Source of the DNA: Bacteroidales bacterium | GTDB lineage: Bacteria > Bacteroidota > Bacteroidia > Bacteroidales > JAADJA01 | Assembly (NCBI GenBank): GCA_047920975.1 | Contig: JBLRXC010000003.1 | Location: forward strand, 1-61,725 | Direction: 5' to 3' | DNA length: 61,725 bases | Shown here: positions 17,879-27,245 of the stretch, piece after piece | How positions within the stretch are numbered: position 1 is the stretch's first letter | Layout: each line of letters opens with the position of its first letter | The notes under the pieces: generated by a model | What the model was told of the DNA's origin: nothing | What the model saw: only the letters and a program-made list of their open reading frames with translations | Database searches by the model: none | Made by a program: the position numbers and the translations under genes

Positions 17879-20860
17879 TTATGATATGTTTTTGTTTTTA
17901 ACTTTGGTCAAATATCCTACAGAAGGCAGAACATGCAACTCCTCAAGCAGGTGATAGTTCCTTTCGTCCTGGAAATACTTTGATATCTTGCTTTCCGGAT
18001 CATTCAGGTTCCCGAACACAATGGCATTCGCGGGACAAGCCTGGCCACAGGCCGGAACAACCTCCCCATCCCTGAGCTGACGGTTCTCATTCTTGGCATC
18101 CAACTTCTTCTCCTGGATACGCTGTACACAGAATGAGCACTTCTCAATGACTCCCTTTGCCCGAACCACCACATCAGGATTCAGCACAAGGCGACGCAGG
18201 TCAGAGGTCATTTCTGCGGGATCTTTTCGGTTACCGACCAGCGCATCTGCACCGGTGTAATCGTAAAAGTTGAAACGGCGTACCTTGTAGGGACAGTTGT
18301 TATTACAATACCGGGTACCGATGCAACGATTGTACGCCATCTGGTTCAACCCTTCATTGCTGTGGGTCGTTGCAGCAACAGGACAAACATTCTCGCAGGG
18401 TGCATTGTCGCAATGCTGGCACATAACAGGCTGGCGAAGCACCTCCGGATTATCGGGATCGCCTTTGTAGTAGCGGTCAATCCTTATCCAGTGCATTTCA
18501 CGTGCTTTGATGACCTGCTCTTTACCGACAACGGGAACGTTATTTTCGGCAGAACAGGCAACAACACAGGCATTGCATCCGATGCAGGCATTCAGGTCAA
18601 CAGCCATGCCCCAGTGAAAACCTTCAAATTTGGGTGCCGGATACATGGTCTTGAGATGCTTTTTAATCTCCTCACGCATCTCATTGCCTGCATTTGGTTT
18701 TTCGAGATATTCGGTAAGGGTGGTTTCGCGCACCAGCGCCCTGCCTTCCATCGAGTGATGGGTTTGTGTGCGGGCAATTTTTGATTTCCCGCCCGCTTTT
18801 TCCAATTGAACCCCACTCAGCCAATAGCTTCTCTCTCCTTTTTTGGTCTGAATGAGCGGATAAGCATTCACTCCCACTCCATCGGCAGGCACACCTGCTC
18901 TCTCTCGGCCATAACCCAGAGCAACTGAAATGGTTTTGTATTCCTGTCCTGGTTGTATCAGAACCGGAAGTGTCAGATTGCCGTTGAGGGTGATCAACTG
19001 GTCATCCTTCAGGTTCATCTCTTTTGCAAGTCTTGGAGAAATAGAGGCATAATTGCCCCAACAGGCTTTTGTTACCGGATCGGGAAGCTCCTGGAGCCAT
19101 GGATTGTTGGCATGCTTCCCGCAACCGACACTCACATTGAACCAAAGTGCAAGCTCATAGCCATTTTCACCGGTTGTATTTTCAAGCTGATTCAACAACC
19201 TGTCAGCTGGTTCCGGAGAAAATACCAAATAACTTTCCACCTGCCCTGATTCAAATACTCCGTCATGAAGTTTGCTGTTCCAGAAATCATCAAAGGTGAG
19301 GCTATCGTTGGTGTAGGGAAAAATATACCGCTCCCAGTACTTCATTATAAAATGCCTGAATTCAACTGCCTGACCCGACCAATTCAGCAAACTCTCCTGT
19401 GCAGCCCGCGTATTGAATACAGGCCGGATGGCTGGTTGGGCAAGTGAATAATGTCCTGTCCTGACCTCGGCGTCTCCCCAGGACTCAAGGTAGTGGTGGT
19501 CGGGACAGACAAATTCAGTGTAGGAGGAGGTCTCCTCTCTCATGACAGGCATGGCAATGGTAAGTGAAACCCTTTCAAGTCCGGCAATAAATTTATCCCT
19601 TTCCGGGTAATCATAAGCGGGGTTCACATCATAAAGAATGATCCCATCTACCTCTCCCCGGTTCATTTCGTCAACCAGCCTGACCATATCAGCATCCATT
19701 CCCTGCCGGAGTTTGAGATGTGTTTCCGTGCTGATGGTTGTTCCATAGTTCCCGAGCAGTTCATTGATGCCATTCACAAGAAGTTGCACCTGGCTGTCGT
19801 TGCTGCCGCTAATAACAAGCGATCGACCCCGGTTAGCCATCAGTTCGGCTGCCAGGGGTTCGATGTCTACAGGTGAGCCGGGTAAATCTCCAGGAATAAA
19901 GCCCGTTAAAGACTTCAGTTTATGATAAAGGTTCGCAAGCACCAGAATCTCCTGTGAAGGCCTGATCATAAATCGCTCATCGGCATTGGATCCGGTAAGT
20001 GACATGCCTGCCTCAAAATGGATGTGGCGCGACATGCTCCGTTCCTGGTTCGTCAGTTTCCGGTTTTGCACATACTGCTTTGTGAACTCAATGGGTGAGA
20101 GCCAGGTTCCCAGAAAATCGGCATCAAAACTTACAATCAGGTTTGCTTTTTCAAAATGATAGGAGGGAATGAACGCTTTTCCAAAAGTCATCTCATTGGC
20201 TTTGAGTATTCCAGAGGCCGATACAACATCGTACTGAATATGTTCAGCACCGGGATAACTGCTGATAAACTCACCAATCGCTGCTCTGGTGGAGGGGCTG
20301 ATGATGGTGGAGCTGAGAATGACCACTTTTCCACCTTTTTCCCTGATCCCGGTTAGCCGGGTTGTAATGCTGGCATCAACATCTTCCCATGATGCCGTTT
20401 CCCCTTTAATGGTGGGATGTTTATGGCGTGCATCATCATACAAACTGAGCACGGAACCCTGGGTCCGGGCATTGGTTCCTCCCCGGGTGACGGATGATAG
20501 TTCGTTCCCTTCAATTTTAATCGGCCTTCCATCCCTCACCTTCACGAGCACGCTGCAATAGTCGGTACCATCAAAGAATGTGGAAGCATAATAACTTGCC
20601 TGGCCGGGTACAAGGTTTTCGGGCTGGATAAGGAACGGAATGGCTTTCCTGACCGGCTGCTCACAACTTGACGCAATGGCAGCAGAGGCTACCGTGAATC
20701 CAAACATTTTCAGAAAATCACGACGGCTTCCCTTCAGGATATCCGGTTGTTCCTCTTCAGGTATGCTTATTACTTCCGATGCGGTTTCAGATGTTTTCTG
20801 CAGTTGCTCTGCTCCCTTTATCTCCTGAAGCTCTTCAATGCTTTTCCAGTATTTTTTCAT
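17879..20860 (-). CDS. actB: alternative complex III ActB (fused molybdopterin-oxidoreductase-like and 4Fe-4S ferredoxin domains, Tat-exported)
   Basis: Tat motif SRRDFLKMFGFTVASAA. Fe-S motifs CIGCNACVVAC, CQHCDNAPCENVCP, CIGTRYCNNNCPYKVRRFN, CSFCVQRI, CGQACPANAIVFG. 993 aa. Confidence 0.9.
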   Translation of the reverse strand: MKKYWKSIEELQEIKGAEQLQKTSETASEVISIPEEEQPDILKGSRRDFLKMFGFTVASAAIASSCEQPVRKAIPFLIQPENLVPGQASYYASTFFDGTDYCSVLVKVRDGRPIKIEGNELSSVTRGGTNARTQGSVLSLYDDARHKHPTIKGETASWEDVDASITTRLTGIREKGGKVVILSSTIISPSTRAAIGEFISSYPGAEHIQYDVVSASGILKANEMTFGKAFIPSYHFEKANLIVSFDADFLGTWLSPIEFTKQYVQNRKLTNQERSMSRHIHFEAGMSLTGSNADERFMIRPSQEILVLANLYHKLKSLTGFIPGDLPGSPVDIEPLAAELMANRGRSLVISGSNDSQVQLLVNGINELLGNYGTTISTETHLKLRQGMDADMVRLVDEMNRGEVDGIILYDVNPAYDYPERDKFIAGLERVSLTIAMPVMREETSSYTEFVCPDHHYLESWGDAEVRTGHYSLAQPAIRPVFNTRAAQESLLNWSGQAVEFRHFIMKYWERYIFPYTNDSLTFDDFWNSKLHDGVFESGQVESYLVFSPEPADRLLNQLENTTGENGYELALWFNVSVGCGKHANNPWLQELPDPVTKACWGNYASISPRLAKEMNLKDDQLITLNGNLTLPVLIQPGQEYKTISVALGYGRERAGVPADGVGVNAYPLIQTKKGERSYWLSGVQLEKAGGKSKIARTQTHHSMEGRALVRETTLTEYLEKPNAGNEMREEIKKHLKTMYPAPKFEGFHWGMAVDLNACIGCNACVVACSAENNVPVVGKEQVIKAREMHWIRIDRYYKGDPDNPEVLRQPVMCQHCDNAPCENVCPVAATTHSNEGLNQMAYNRCIGTRYCNNNCPYKVRRFNFYDYTGADALVGNRKDPAEMTSDLRRLVLNPDVVVRAKGVIEKCSFCVQRIQEKKLDAKNENRQLRDGEVVPACGQACPANAIVFGNLNDPESKISKYFQDERNYHLLEELHVLPSVGYLTKVKNKNIS

Positions 20861-20899
20861 GAATCAAATCTGTTATTTAGTCTCTGAAAGGATTGCATT

Positions 20900-22069
20900 T
20901 CAATGATGACATGTATGGCAGTTTGCGCCGCCTATATCATCTACGGTCACGCGTGACCGCCTGCCCGATTTAATTTCTTCGTGGAAAGAATGGTATTGCT
21001 GGTAGAATGAGTTCGATTCAAACAGCACTTCTGCTTGCCTGTGACAATCAAGACACCACCCCATGCTCAGGTCATGGACCTGTGTAATGCGGTCCATTTT
21101 TTTAACCGGACCATGACATTCCTGGCAATCCCGGTTTCCCGCATTCACATGCTGTGCATGGCTGAACCAGACATGATCAGGCAGGTTGTGTACCCGAACC
21201 CACTCGATGGGATTTCCGGTTTCCCAGGATTCAAGCACTTTGGCAATTTCCACCTCACCAGTGATGGTTCCCCTTTTAACAACATTGTGACAGTTCATGC
21301 AAAGTTGTGTTGAGGGAATACCGGCACTTTTACCCGTTTCAGCCGTATGATGGCAATAAAGGCAGTCTATTTTGTTTTGTCCTGCGTGTACCTTGTGTGA
21401 GAACCAAACCGGCTGATCGGGTGAATAACCCTCCTGCCGGCCTACGGATTTGGCTTCAACATACACAATCTCTCCAACAACAAATACCGAAACAAGAATG
21501 ACGATAATATGCACAAATTTCACCCTGATCAGCTTTGTATATCCAAGATCTATGATGGATAATAAGATCAGCACGAGAAAAATGATAAAGGTGGGCTGGG
21601 TATTGCCTGGCCCGTACCTGCGGCTTTCAAACAGGAATTCATCCAGTTTTTCACTGGCAGCGAGTTGTTCAGCGGCGGCTGTCTCTTCTTCAGCCGAAGT
21701 AGCAATAACAACCGGCTGGGCAGGGTCGAAATTCCTGATAAACGTGAGGATCTCTTTGATCTGTTCATCTGTAAAATCAAAACTCTGCATGGGAATCCTG
21801 TTGTGTTCTTCCCAAACCTGCACAGCCTCAGGATCACCTGCCTCAATCATTGCCTGCGAGTTCCTGATAAAACTGATGAGCCATGCTTCTGAACGCTTTT
21901 CGGTGACACCGGTCAGGTCAGGTCCGATCAGTTTTTTTCCCATAACATGGCAGGCAGTGCATTGCTGCCATTCGGGCGGAGCAATATTTTGGCTTGTCAG
22001 GGTTTGAACAGGAAAGAGGAAACTGATGGTGAGAAGAACCGGATAAAACAGAATACAAAATCTCTTCAT
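20900..22069 (-). CDS. actA: alternative complex III multiheme cytochrome c ActA with extra N-terminal class-I cytochrome c domain
   Basis: Start chosen at the ATG at 22069 (MKRFCILFYPVLLTISFLF signal). Six CxxCH motifs: CTACH (N-terminal domain), CLYCH, CMNCH, CQECH, CLDCH, CHTCH. A hydrophobic segment lies between the N-terminal domain and the pentaheme module. Confidence 0.8.
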   Translation of the reverse strand: MKRFCILFYPVLLTISFLFPVQTLTSQNIAPPEWQQCTACHVMGKKLIGPDLTGVTEKRSEAWLISFIRNSQAMIEAGDPEAVQVWEEHNRIPMQSFDFTDEQIKEILTFIRNFDPAQPVVIATSAEEETAAAEQLAASEKLDEFLFESRRYGPGNTQPTFIIFLVLILLSIIDLGYTKLIRVKFVHIIVILVSVFVVGEIVYVEAKSVGRQEGYSPDQPVWFSHKVHAGQNKIDCLYCHHTAETGKSAGIPSTQLCMNCHNVVKRGTITGEVEIAKVLESWETGNPIEWVRVHNLPDHVWFSHAQHVNAGNRDCQECHGPVKKMDRITQVHDLSMGWCLDCHRQAEVLFESNSFYQQYHSFHEEIKSGRRSRVTVDDIGGANCHTCHH

Positions 22070-22266
22070 GCGATTTATATTTAACCTACTATCTATCAAT
22101 ATCTTTGGCAAGATTAAATGGTGTTTACACCTTATTTTGAGTGGCAAAAATACAAAGGAAACAAATCATTGCGGTAATTACTTACTTCAATTAAAATAAT
22201 TTTTTACACATTTTTTAAATAATAAAGGTTGTTTAGATCAAACCGGATGGATCTTGAAGATGTGTA

Positions 22267-23697
22267 TCAGGGATTGAACAGCACTTTCCATGCAGCTTTT
22301 TTCTTTCCGGCCGTGCAAAGAACAATGTAAACACCCGGTTCTGCCATTCCTCCACTTGCATTGTATCCATTCCAGCTAAACAGATACTCACTGCCCGACA
22401 GGGATATATGCTCAAGTTCAGCAACTGTTCTGGTTTTGATATCAATTATGGTGATCCGGGGGTTGCCTTCATACACGCCGGTATTGACATGCATGGTGAT
22501 TTCTTTGGAAAACGGGTTCGGATAGCCGGTAAATGAGAATCCATCTTCCTGTTTTGCTTCCTCAACAGCAGGCATATACTGATGTTTTTCATCTCGCATG
22601 TGAAAAACATCATAACCTCCATAACCCTGCGTCCAGATGAAGTCTACAATAAGGGGGTTGAAATGTTTGTAAGCAATGGAAGGGTTATTGAGGTCCGGTC
22701 CATTAATTGTTTCCATGATATAATCTCCAAACATACCGGCATCTGATCCATATGAAAAGGCATGGTAGATGGTATTCTCCATAAAGCTAATATCATCAAT
22801 GAATAAGTAACTGTAACCTGTCATAGGTAGAATATCATCAATGCAAACGAATTTAACGCTGTTTCGCATAACACGGCTACCCTGATTACCTATAAATGAG
22901 TTTATCTCTGCTTCAATCAAATCCAAAGAAGCATTGATGTAAAGAAATCTTACCGCGTAATTATCCGGTGGATAGGAATATGCTGAATTATAGGTAATGC
23001 ACGGCTGCGATCCTGTTGCTTGATGCAAAGTATCCCATGTCTGAAGATAATCTTCCGACATGAAAAACTGTAACGAGTCCCCATCAAACTGTATGGCAAA
23101 GAACACTTTGTAATCAAGATACATCAGGTGACATGCCACTGCCACATCATGGATCTGGTTTTTTGTAGTGATCACCTTTTGTACTGCCAGGGTATCCGCC
23201 TCAATCCTTCCATAAACAACCGATTGGGTAAGATCACTGTTTTCCTGCATCCAAAAAATATGCAGGTTTTCAGCATCAAAATCTGCAACGGGTATAAATG
23301 ATTTGTAACCGCTGTCGCTGATCGTCTCCGGCTCCGACCAGGCCATGAAATCCGGCGAACTGCTGTGTTTTATTGCCGGTATAGCATTGTTGGTCTGATA
23401 TATCATGTGTATCTGGTTATCGGGATCAATGGCCAAAGTTGGGTTTGTACCGCTGGTTATCACAACAGGATAACTCCATGCGCCGCCCGAACTGTTGTAA
23501 ACCACTCCCTTGATCACCCGATTCAATCCGGATCCATCCACATAAACAACATATACATTGTCGGAGGCATCCCTCACAATTTTTCGTTGGTTATGGTGAG
23601 CGGTAGCATGCGGATTCGAACTGTTTCCGATAAAAGTCTGAGCTGAAAGGCTCATGGCTGAGATTACAGCCAATGCGAGCAGGCATAAATTTTTCAT
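22267..23697 (-). CDS. secreted hypothetical protein with T9SS C-terminal sorting domain
   Basis: Signal peptide MKNLCLLALAVISAMSLSAQ. C-terminus GYPNPFSKEITMHV...GVYIVLCTAGKKKAAWKVLF fits the T9SS CTD pattern. The body looks beta-propeller/BNR-like, but I cannot name a family. Confidence 0.6.
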   Translation of the reverse strand: MKNLCLLALAVISAMSLSAQTFIGNSSNPHATAHHNQRKIVRDASDNVYVVYVDGSGLNRVIKGVVYNSSGGAWSYPVVITSGTNPTLAIDPDNQIHMIYQTNNAIPAIKHSSSPDFMAWSEPETISDSGYKSFIPVADFDAENLHIFWMQENSDLTQSVVYGRIEADTLAVQKVITTKNQIHDVAVACHLMYLDYKVFFAIQFDGDSLQFFMSEDYLQTWDTLHQATGSQPCITYNSAYSYPPDNYAVRFLYINASLDLIEAEINSFIGNQGSRVMRNSVKFVCIDDILPMTGYSYLFIDDISFMENTIYHAFSYGSDAGMFGDYIMETINGPDLNNPSIAYKHFNPLIVDFIWTQGYGGYDVFHMRDEKHQYMPAVEEAKQEDGFSFTGYPNPFSKEITMHVNTGVYEGNPRITIIDIKTRTVAELEHISLSGSEYLFSWNGYNASGGMAEPGVYIVLCTAGKKKAAWKVLFNP

Positions 23698-23861
23698 CTT
23701 TTTCAGGGTTTGATTGCTTGTACTTACTAATTGTTTAAATCAATATGCATTGAGTTGCTTAAACAGTAAATGAATGACAAATTTAATAAGATTTGTTAAA
23801 CATCCTGAGAATCCTGATGGAATTTATCCTGAGAACCGGAAATGAAATTTGGAAGGGCTTC

Positions 23862-24323
23862 TCATGGGATCACACCCACAATTTTATGAAAGAGTTCGAT
23901 GCTATAAACTGCAATGATTGTTATCACCAGCGACCATACAAGGATTCCGGCAAGCGTCCAGTAGAGAAATTTCAACGGTGATTTTACCAGTGCCAGGCCA
24001 ATCAATATGGTCAGGTTTGGTCCCATGACCAAACACCCCAGAAATCCAAGGCCTGGTGTACCATACGATTCAAGCAGACGGCCGGCACGCTTTTCTCTTG
24101 TCAGGAGTCCTTTTCTGTTTTTTTTTCGTAAAATTACATTCCTAATCCGGTTACCGAAAAAAAACAGGATCAGGGCTCCCGTGATCGCACCCAGAGAAGT
24201 CAGTAGGAAAATCAAAAGAGGGTTAACTTTGAGCAGAAGTCCCACAGGAATGGCTTTCCAGATACCCAAAATACCGGTGAGAAAGACCAGAATCTCTTTG
24301 TAAACCGTTTCGTCCAAAAGCAA
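23862..24323 (-). CDS. small integral membrane protein (possibly small multidrug export / COG2426-like)
   Basis: 153 aa with four hydrophobic helices (GILGIWKAIPVGLLL; LLIFLLTSLGAITGALILFFFG; ...). The family call is a weak recollection only. Confidence 0.4.
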   Translation of the reverse strand: MLLDETVYKEILVFLTGILGIWKAIPVGLLLKVNPLLIFLLTSLGAITGALILFFFGNRIRNVILRKKNRKGLLTREKRAGRLLESYGTPGLGFLGCLVMGPNLTILIGLALVKSPLKFLYWTLAGILVWSLVITIIAVYSIELFHKIVGVIP

Positions 24324-24610
24324 TATTTTGATACATCTGTGGTTGAGGTTCGCAAAGGTAAGAAATGAAGCTGATACCAGGGTTTTTTAAAATTTAACAA
24401 ATATTTAACATATTCAATTTTGTGATTATATTGGACTGATATTCAAATATATGATTTTCTAAATGGATCTACTTCTTTGATTTTCAAAGCAAACTCCTTC
24501 CTGACTCTCCAAATTTTTAGTATATTTGTCACCAATAGGTCGTCTCACATTTTCGTTTTCTTGAAGTACCGTGTATTTAGTCATTGTTCACTTTTCAATG
24601 AATTCCGCTG

Positions 24611-25468
24611 ATGAGACAAAACTCTGCTGGACGGCCCTTAATTGCGATGAGATTTATAACATATAATGCGAAGAACTTCCGGGAGATCGAAAAAGTGATA
24701 GCCTATATAAGGACAAATGAACACATCAATGAGATTTTGTTCACCGGAGGTGACCCAATGGTTATGGATCCCGCCACATTGAAAAAATATATCAGTGAGT
24801 TGATCAAAGCTAAAATTCCCCATCTCCGCAATATCCGGTTCGGCACCAAATCGCTGAGTTACTGGCCTTTTGCGTTTATTCCAAAATATAACGAAGAGGG
24901 GCAGGAGATGCTTGATATACTTCAAATGATCAGCGACAGCGGCTTACATCTGGCGATCATGGCCCACTTCAATTATCCGAATGAGCTTAAAACAGAAGTC
25001 CTTCGGGAGGCAATTCATAACCTGAAAAAATGCGGTGCAGAGATCAGAACGCAGGCTCCTGTATTAAGACATATCAATAACACAAGCCAGGATTGGGCTC
25101 AAATGTGGCAACTACAGGTCAGCCTGGGATTGATTCCCTATTATATGTTTATTGAACGCGAAACAGGACCTTATGAATATTTTAGTGTCCCCATTGCGGA
25201 AGTTTACAGGATTTTTCAGGATACCATCAGGGAGACCGGAAGCTTTGCCAAAACAGTTACAGGGCCTGTAATGTCAGCCTCCAAAGGCAAGGTACAAATC
25301 ATGGGCATTGTCGGGAACCCGTTGGATGGAAAAGACTATTTTATGATGCAGTATGTGAGGCATCGTGATCACCGAAAAACATTCAAACCATTCTTCATGG
25401 AGTTTAACGGGGAGGCAACATGGGTTGACCAGTTAAAGGAGATACCCTTGCATGCATATGCAGAATAA
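24611..25468 (+). CDS. KamA-family (lysine 2,3-aminomutase/EpmB-like) protein lacking the N-terminal region and the CxxxCxxC radical-SAM motif; possible pseudogene
   Basis: REIEKVIAYIRTNEHINEILFTGGDPMVM, RFGTKSLSYWP, AHFNYPNEL and IPYYMFIERETG parallel the KamA/EpmB core blocks. There is no Cys in the first 23 aa. An in-frame TGA lies 3 codons upstream, and the 287-nt upstream spacer is non-coding. Confidence 0.6.
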   Translation: MRQNSAGRPLIAMRFITYNAKNFREIEKVIAYIRTNEHINEILFTGGDPMVMDPATLKKYISELIKAKIPHLRNIRFGTKSLSYWPFAFIPKYNEEGQEMLDILQMISDSGLHLAIMAHFNYPNELKTEVLREAIHNLKKCGAEIRTQAPVLRHINNTSQDWAQMWQLQVSLGLIPYYMFIERETGPYEYFSVPIAEVYRIFQDTIRETGSFAKTVTGPVMSASKGKVQIMGIVGNPLDGKDYFMMQYVRHRDHRKTFKPFFMEFNGEATWVDQLKEIPLHAYAE

Positions 25469-25492
25469 ATCAATAAGAGAGCGAAAAAGCAA

Positions 25493-27178
25493 ATGAACAT
25501 GAAACCGGGAAAAGATATTCTGCTATCAACTCCGGGCAAGGAATCTTTGCCCGTGCTTGATGAACCTTCACTTCATGTCATTTTCGGAAGTCGTACAGGC
25601 AATTCAGAAGCGGCAGCGAGGCTCGCTCATGACTTTGCTGTTTATTTGGGGATAAAAAGTTATCTGCACAACATGAAAACCATCGACTTTTCGAAGATTC
25701 AACAAATGAAAAATATCATGCTTGCCGTGAGTAAACATGGCGAAGGTGATCCACCGGCTGTGATTGAGAAATTCTATGAATTTATTCATTCATCCGATGC
25801 TCCATCTCTGAAGGGGACTCGCTTCAGTGTTCTTGCCCTTGGTGACAGCAGCTACAAAGACTTCTGCAGGACAGGTCACGATTTCAGGAGGAGGTTACAG
25901 GATCTTGGAAGTGAAGAGATTTCTCCGCTCATGGAATGTGATATTGATTATGAAGAGAATGCCATGAATTGGGTCCGTGAAGCAGTGTCAGCCTTTGAAA
26001 CCATACTGCCAAAAACCGGGATGAGGAAGAAGGGCGAATTTGCTTTCGGGATCAATAAAAAAGATACCGGAAGCAGTGAAGTATTTTATGCAAAAGTGAA
26101 AGAAATTCAGCTCTTAACCAACCCGGATTTTCAGAAGCGGACTTTTCACCTTGTATTGTCAATGGATAAATTTAAAACACCTTTCGCTCCCGGTGATTCA
26201 TTTGGGATTTATGCAAACAATTCACGGTTGCTGGTTGACAGACTCCTGAAAATCCTCAAATTCGACGGAACCCATGCAGTGAATGCCGGTAAATCAACCA
26301 AATTGCTCAAGGAAGCCCTGATCAGCAATTTTGAGATCACCGTGCTTACGCCCCTTGTTGTGGAGAAATATGCTGCGATCACACAGTCTCCAAAACTGAT
26401 GGAATTCATGTCGCAAAGGTCCGACCTCGAATTGTATTGTGAATCCTGTGATGTTCTGGACCTTGTGACAGATTTTCCTGCAATAGTAACACCTGAAGTC
26501 CTGGTAAGTGTATTAAGAAAACTAAGTCCACGGCTTTATTCAGTTGCGAACAGTCCTCACGTTTTTCCTCATGAAGTGCATTTTACAGTGGGCTTGATGG
26601 AATACTCGAAAAATAACCGCCGGCACATTGGCGTCTGTTCAAATTATTTTTCCGACAGGATTAGCATTGGAGACTCCATACCCATTATTCTTGAGGTCAA
26701 TGAAAGTTTCCGGTTAACAGAGGATGATTCTACACCTGTGATCATGATTGCAACGGGTACAGGTATTGCACCCTTCAGAGGTTTTTTGCAATACAGGGAT
26801 TATAAAGGTGCCAATGGAGATAGCTGGTTGTTTTTTGGTGATCGCCACGTTGAAAGTGATTTTCTTTACAGGTCAGAAATGGAGGATTTTATGAAAAGGG
26901 GTGTGCTTACCAGGCTGGATACTGCATTCTCAAGGGATCAGCAACAAAAAATTTATGTCCAGCATCGCATGCTTCAGCACAGTAAAGAGATTTTTCACTG
27001 GATACATGAAAGGGGAGCCGAGGTTTATCTTTGCGGAAATAAAAGAACCATGGGAAAGGATGTGAAAGATACACTTGAAAAGATTGTGGCCGGGGAAGGT
27101 AAATTCACGCGCGCTCAAGCCGGAAAGTATCTTCGAAACCTCAAAGCCTCCAAAAAGTTAAAGGCAGATCTGTATTGA
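25493..27178 (+). CDS. diflavin reductase (CysJ / NADPH-cytochrome P450 reductase-like flavodoxin + FAD/NADPH domains)
   Basis: Flavodoxin-like VIFGSRTGNSEAAA and LALGDSSY. FAD site RLYSVANSP and GVCSNYF. NADPH site MIATGTGIAPFRGF and YLCGN. The C-terminal residue is Y, an aromatic stacking residue. Confidence 0.8.
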   Translation: MNMKPGKDILLSTPGKESLPVLDEPSLHVIFGSRTGNSEAAARLAHDFAVYLGIKSYLHNMKTIDFSKIQQMKNIMLAVSKHGEGDPPAVIEKFYEFIHSSDAPSLKGTRFSVLALGDSSYKDFCRTGHDFRRRLQDLGSEEISPLMECDIDYEENAMNWVREAVSAFETILPKTGMRKKGEFAFGINKKDTGSSEVFYAKVKEIQLLTNPDFQKRTFHLVLSMDKFKTPFAPGDSFGIYANNSRLLVDRLLKILKFDGTHAVNAGKSTKLLKEALISNFEITVLTPLVVEKYAAITQSPKLMEFMSQRSDLELYCESCDVLDLVTDFPAIVTPEVLVSVLRKLSPRLYSVANSPHVFPHEVHFTVGLMEYSKNNRRHIGVCSNYFSDRISIGDSIPIILEVNESFRLTEDDSTPVIMIATGTGIAPFRGFLQYRDYKGANGDSWLFFGDRHVESDFLYRSEMEDFMKRGVLTRLDTAFSRDQQQKIYVQHRMLQHSKEIFHWIHERGAEVYLCGNKRTMGKDVKDTLEKIVAGEGKFTRAQAGKYLRNLKASKKLKADLY

Positions 27179-27245
27179 TCATGCGGAAGATGCAAAAATG
27201 GTCACTGACTTCTGATAAATTGAACTTTTTGAATAGCCAAAGGAT

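Noticed and set aside
21450-22007. 185-aa plus-strand ORF, with neighbours at 21035-21313, 21307-21501 and 21665-21892.
   Set aside because: It lies entirely antisense to or out of frame with the six-heme ActA gene, whose CxxCH motifs validate the minus-strand frame. It has no recognisable motifs.
22100-22150. TATTTTTG box (minus strand) upstream of actA, and TAATTTTG (54999-55006) upstream of dut, as Bacteroidetes -7 promoter elements.
   Set aside because: They match TAnnTTTG, but I could not find properly spaced -33 TTTG elements. Such AT-rich octamers occur by chance in these spacers, so I did not list them as features.
24638-24667. The peptide IAMRFITYN near the start of the KamA-like ORF superficially resembles a degenerate C-A-M-R-C-x-x-C radical-SAM motif with all Cys replaced.
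   Set aside because: By spacing to the conserved REIEKVIAYIR/GGDP blocks, the true motif position would be at about residues 2-9, or upstream of the ATG. The resemblance is most likely coincidental and cannot be tested without an alignment.
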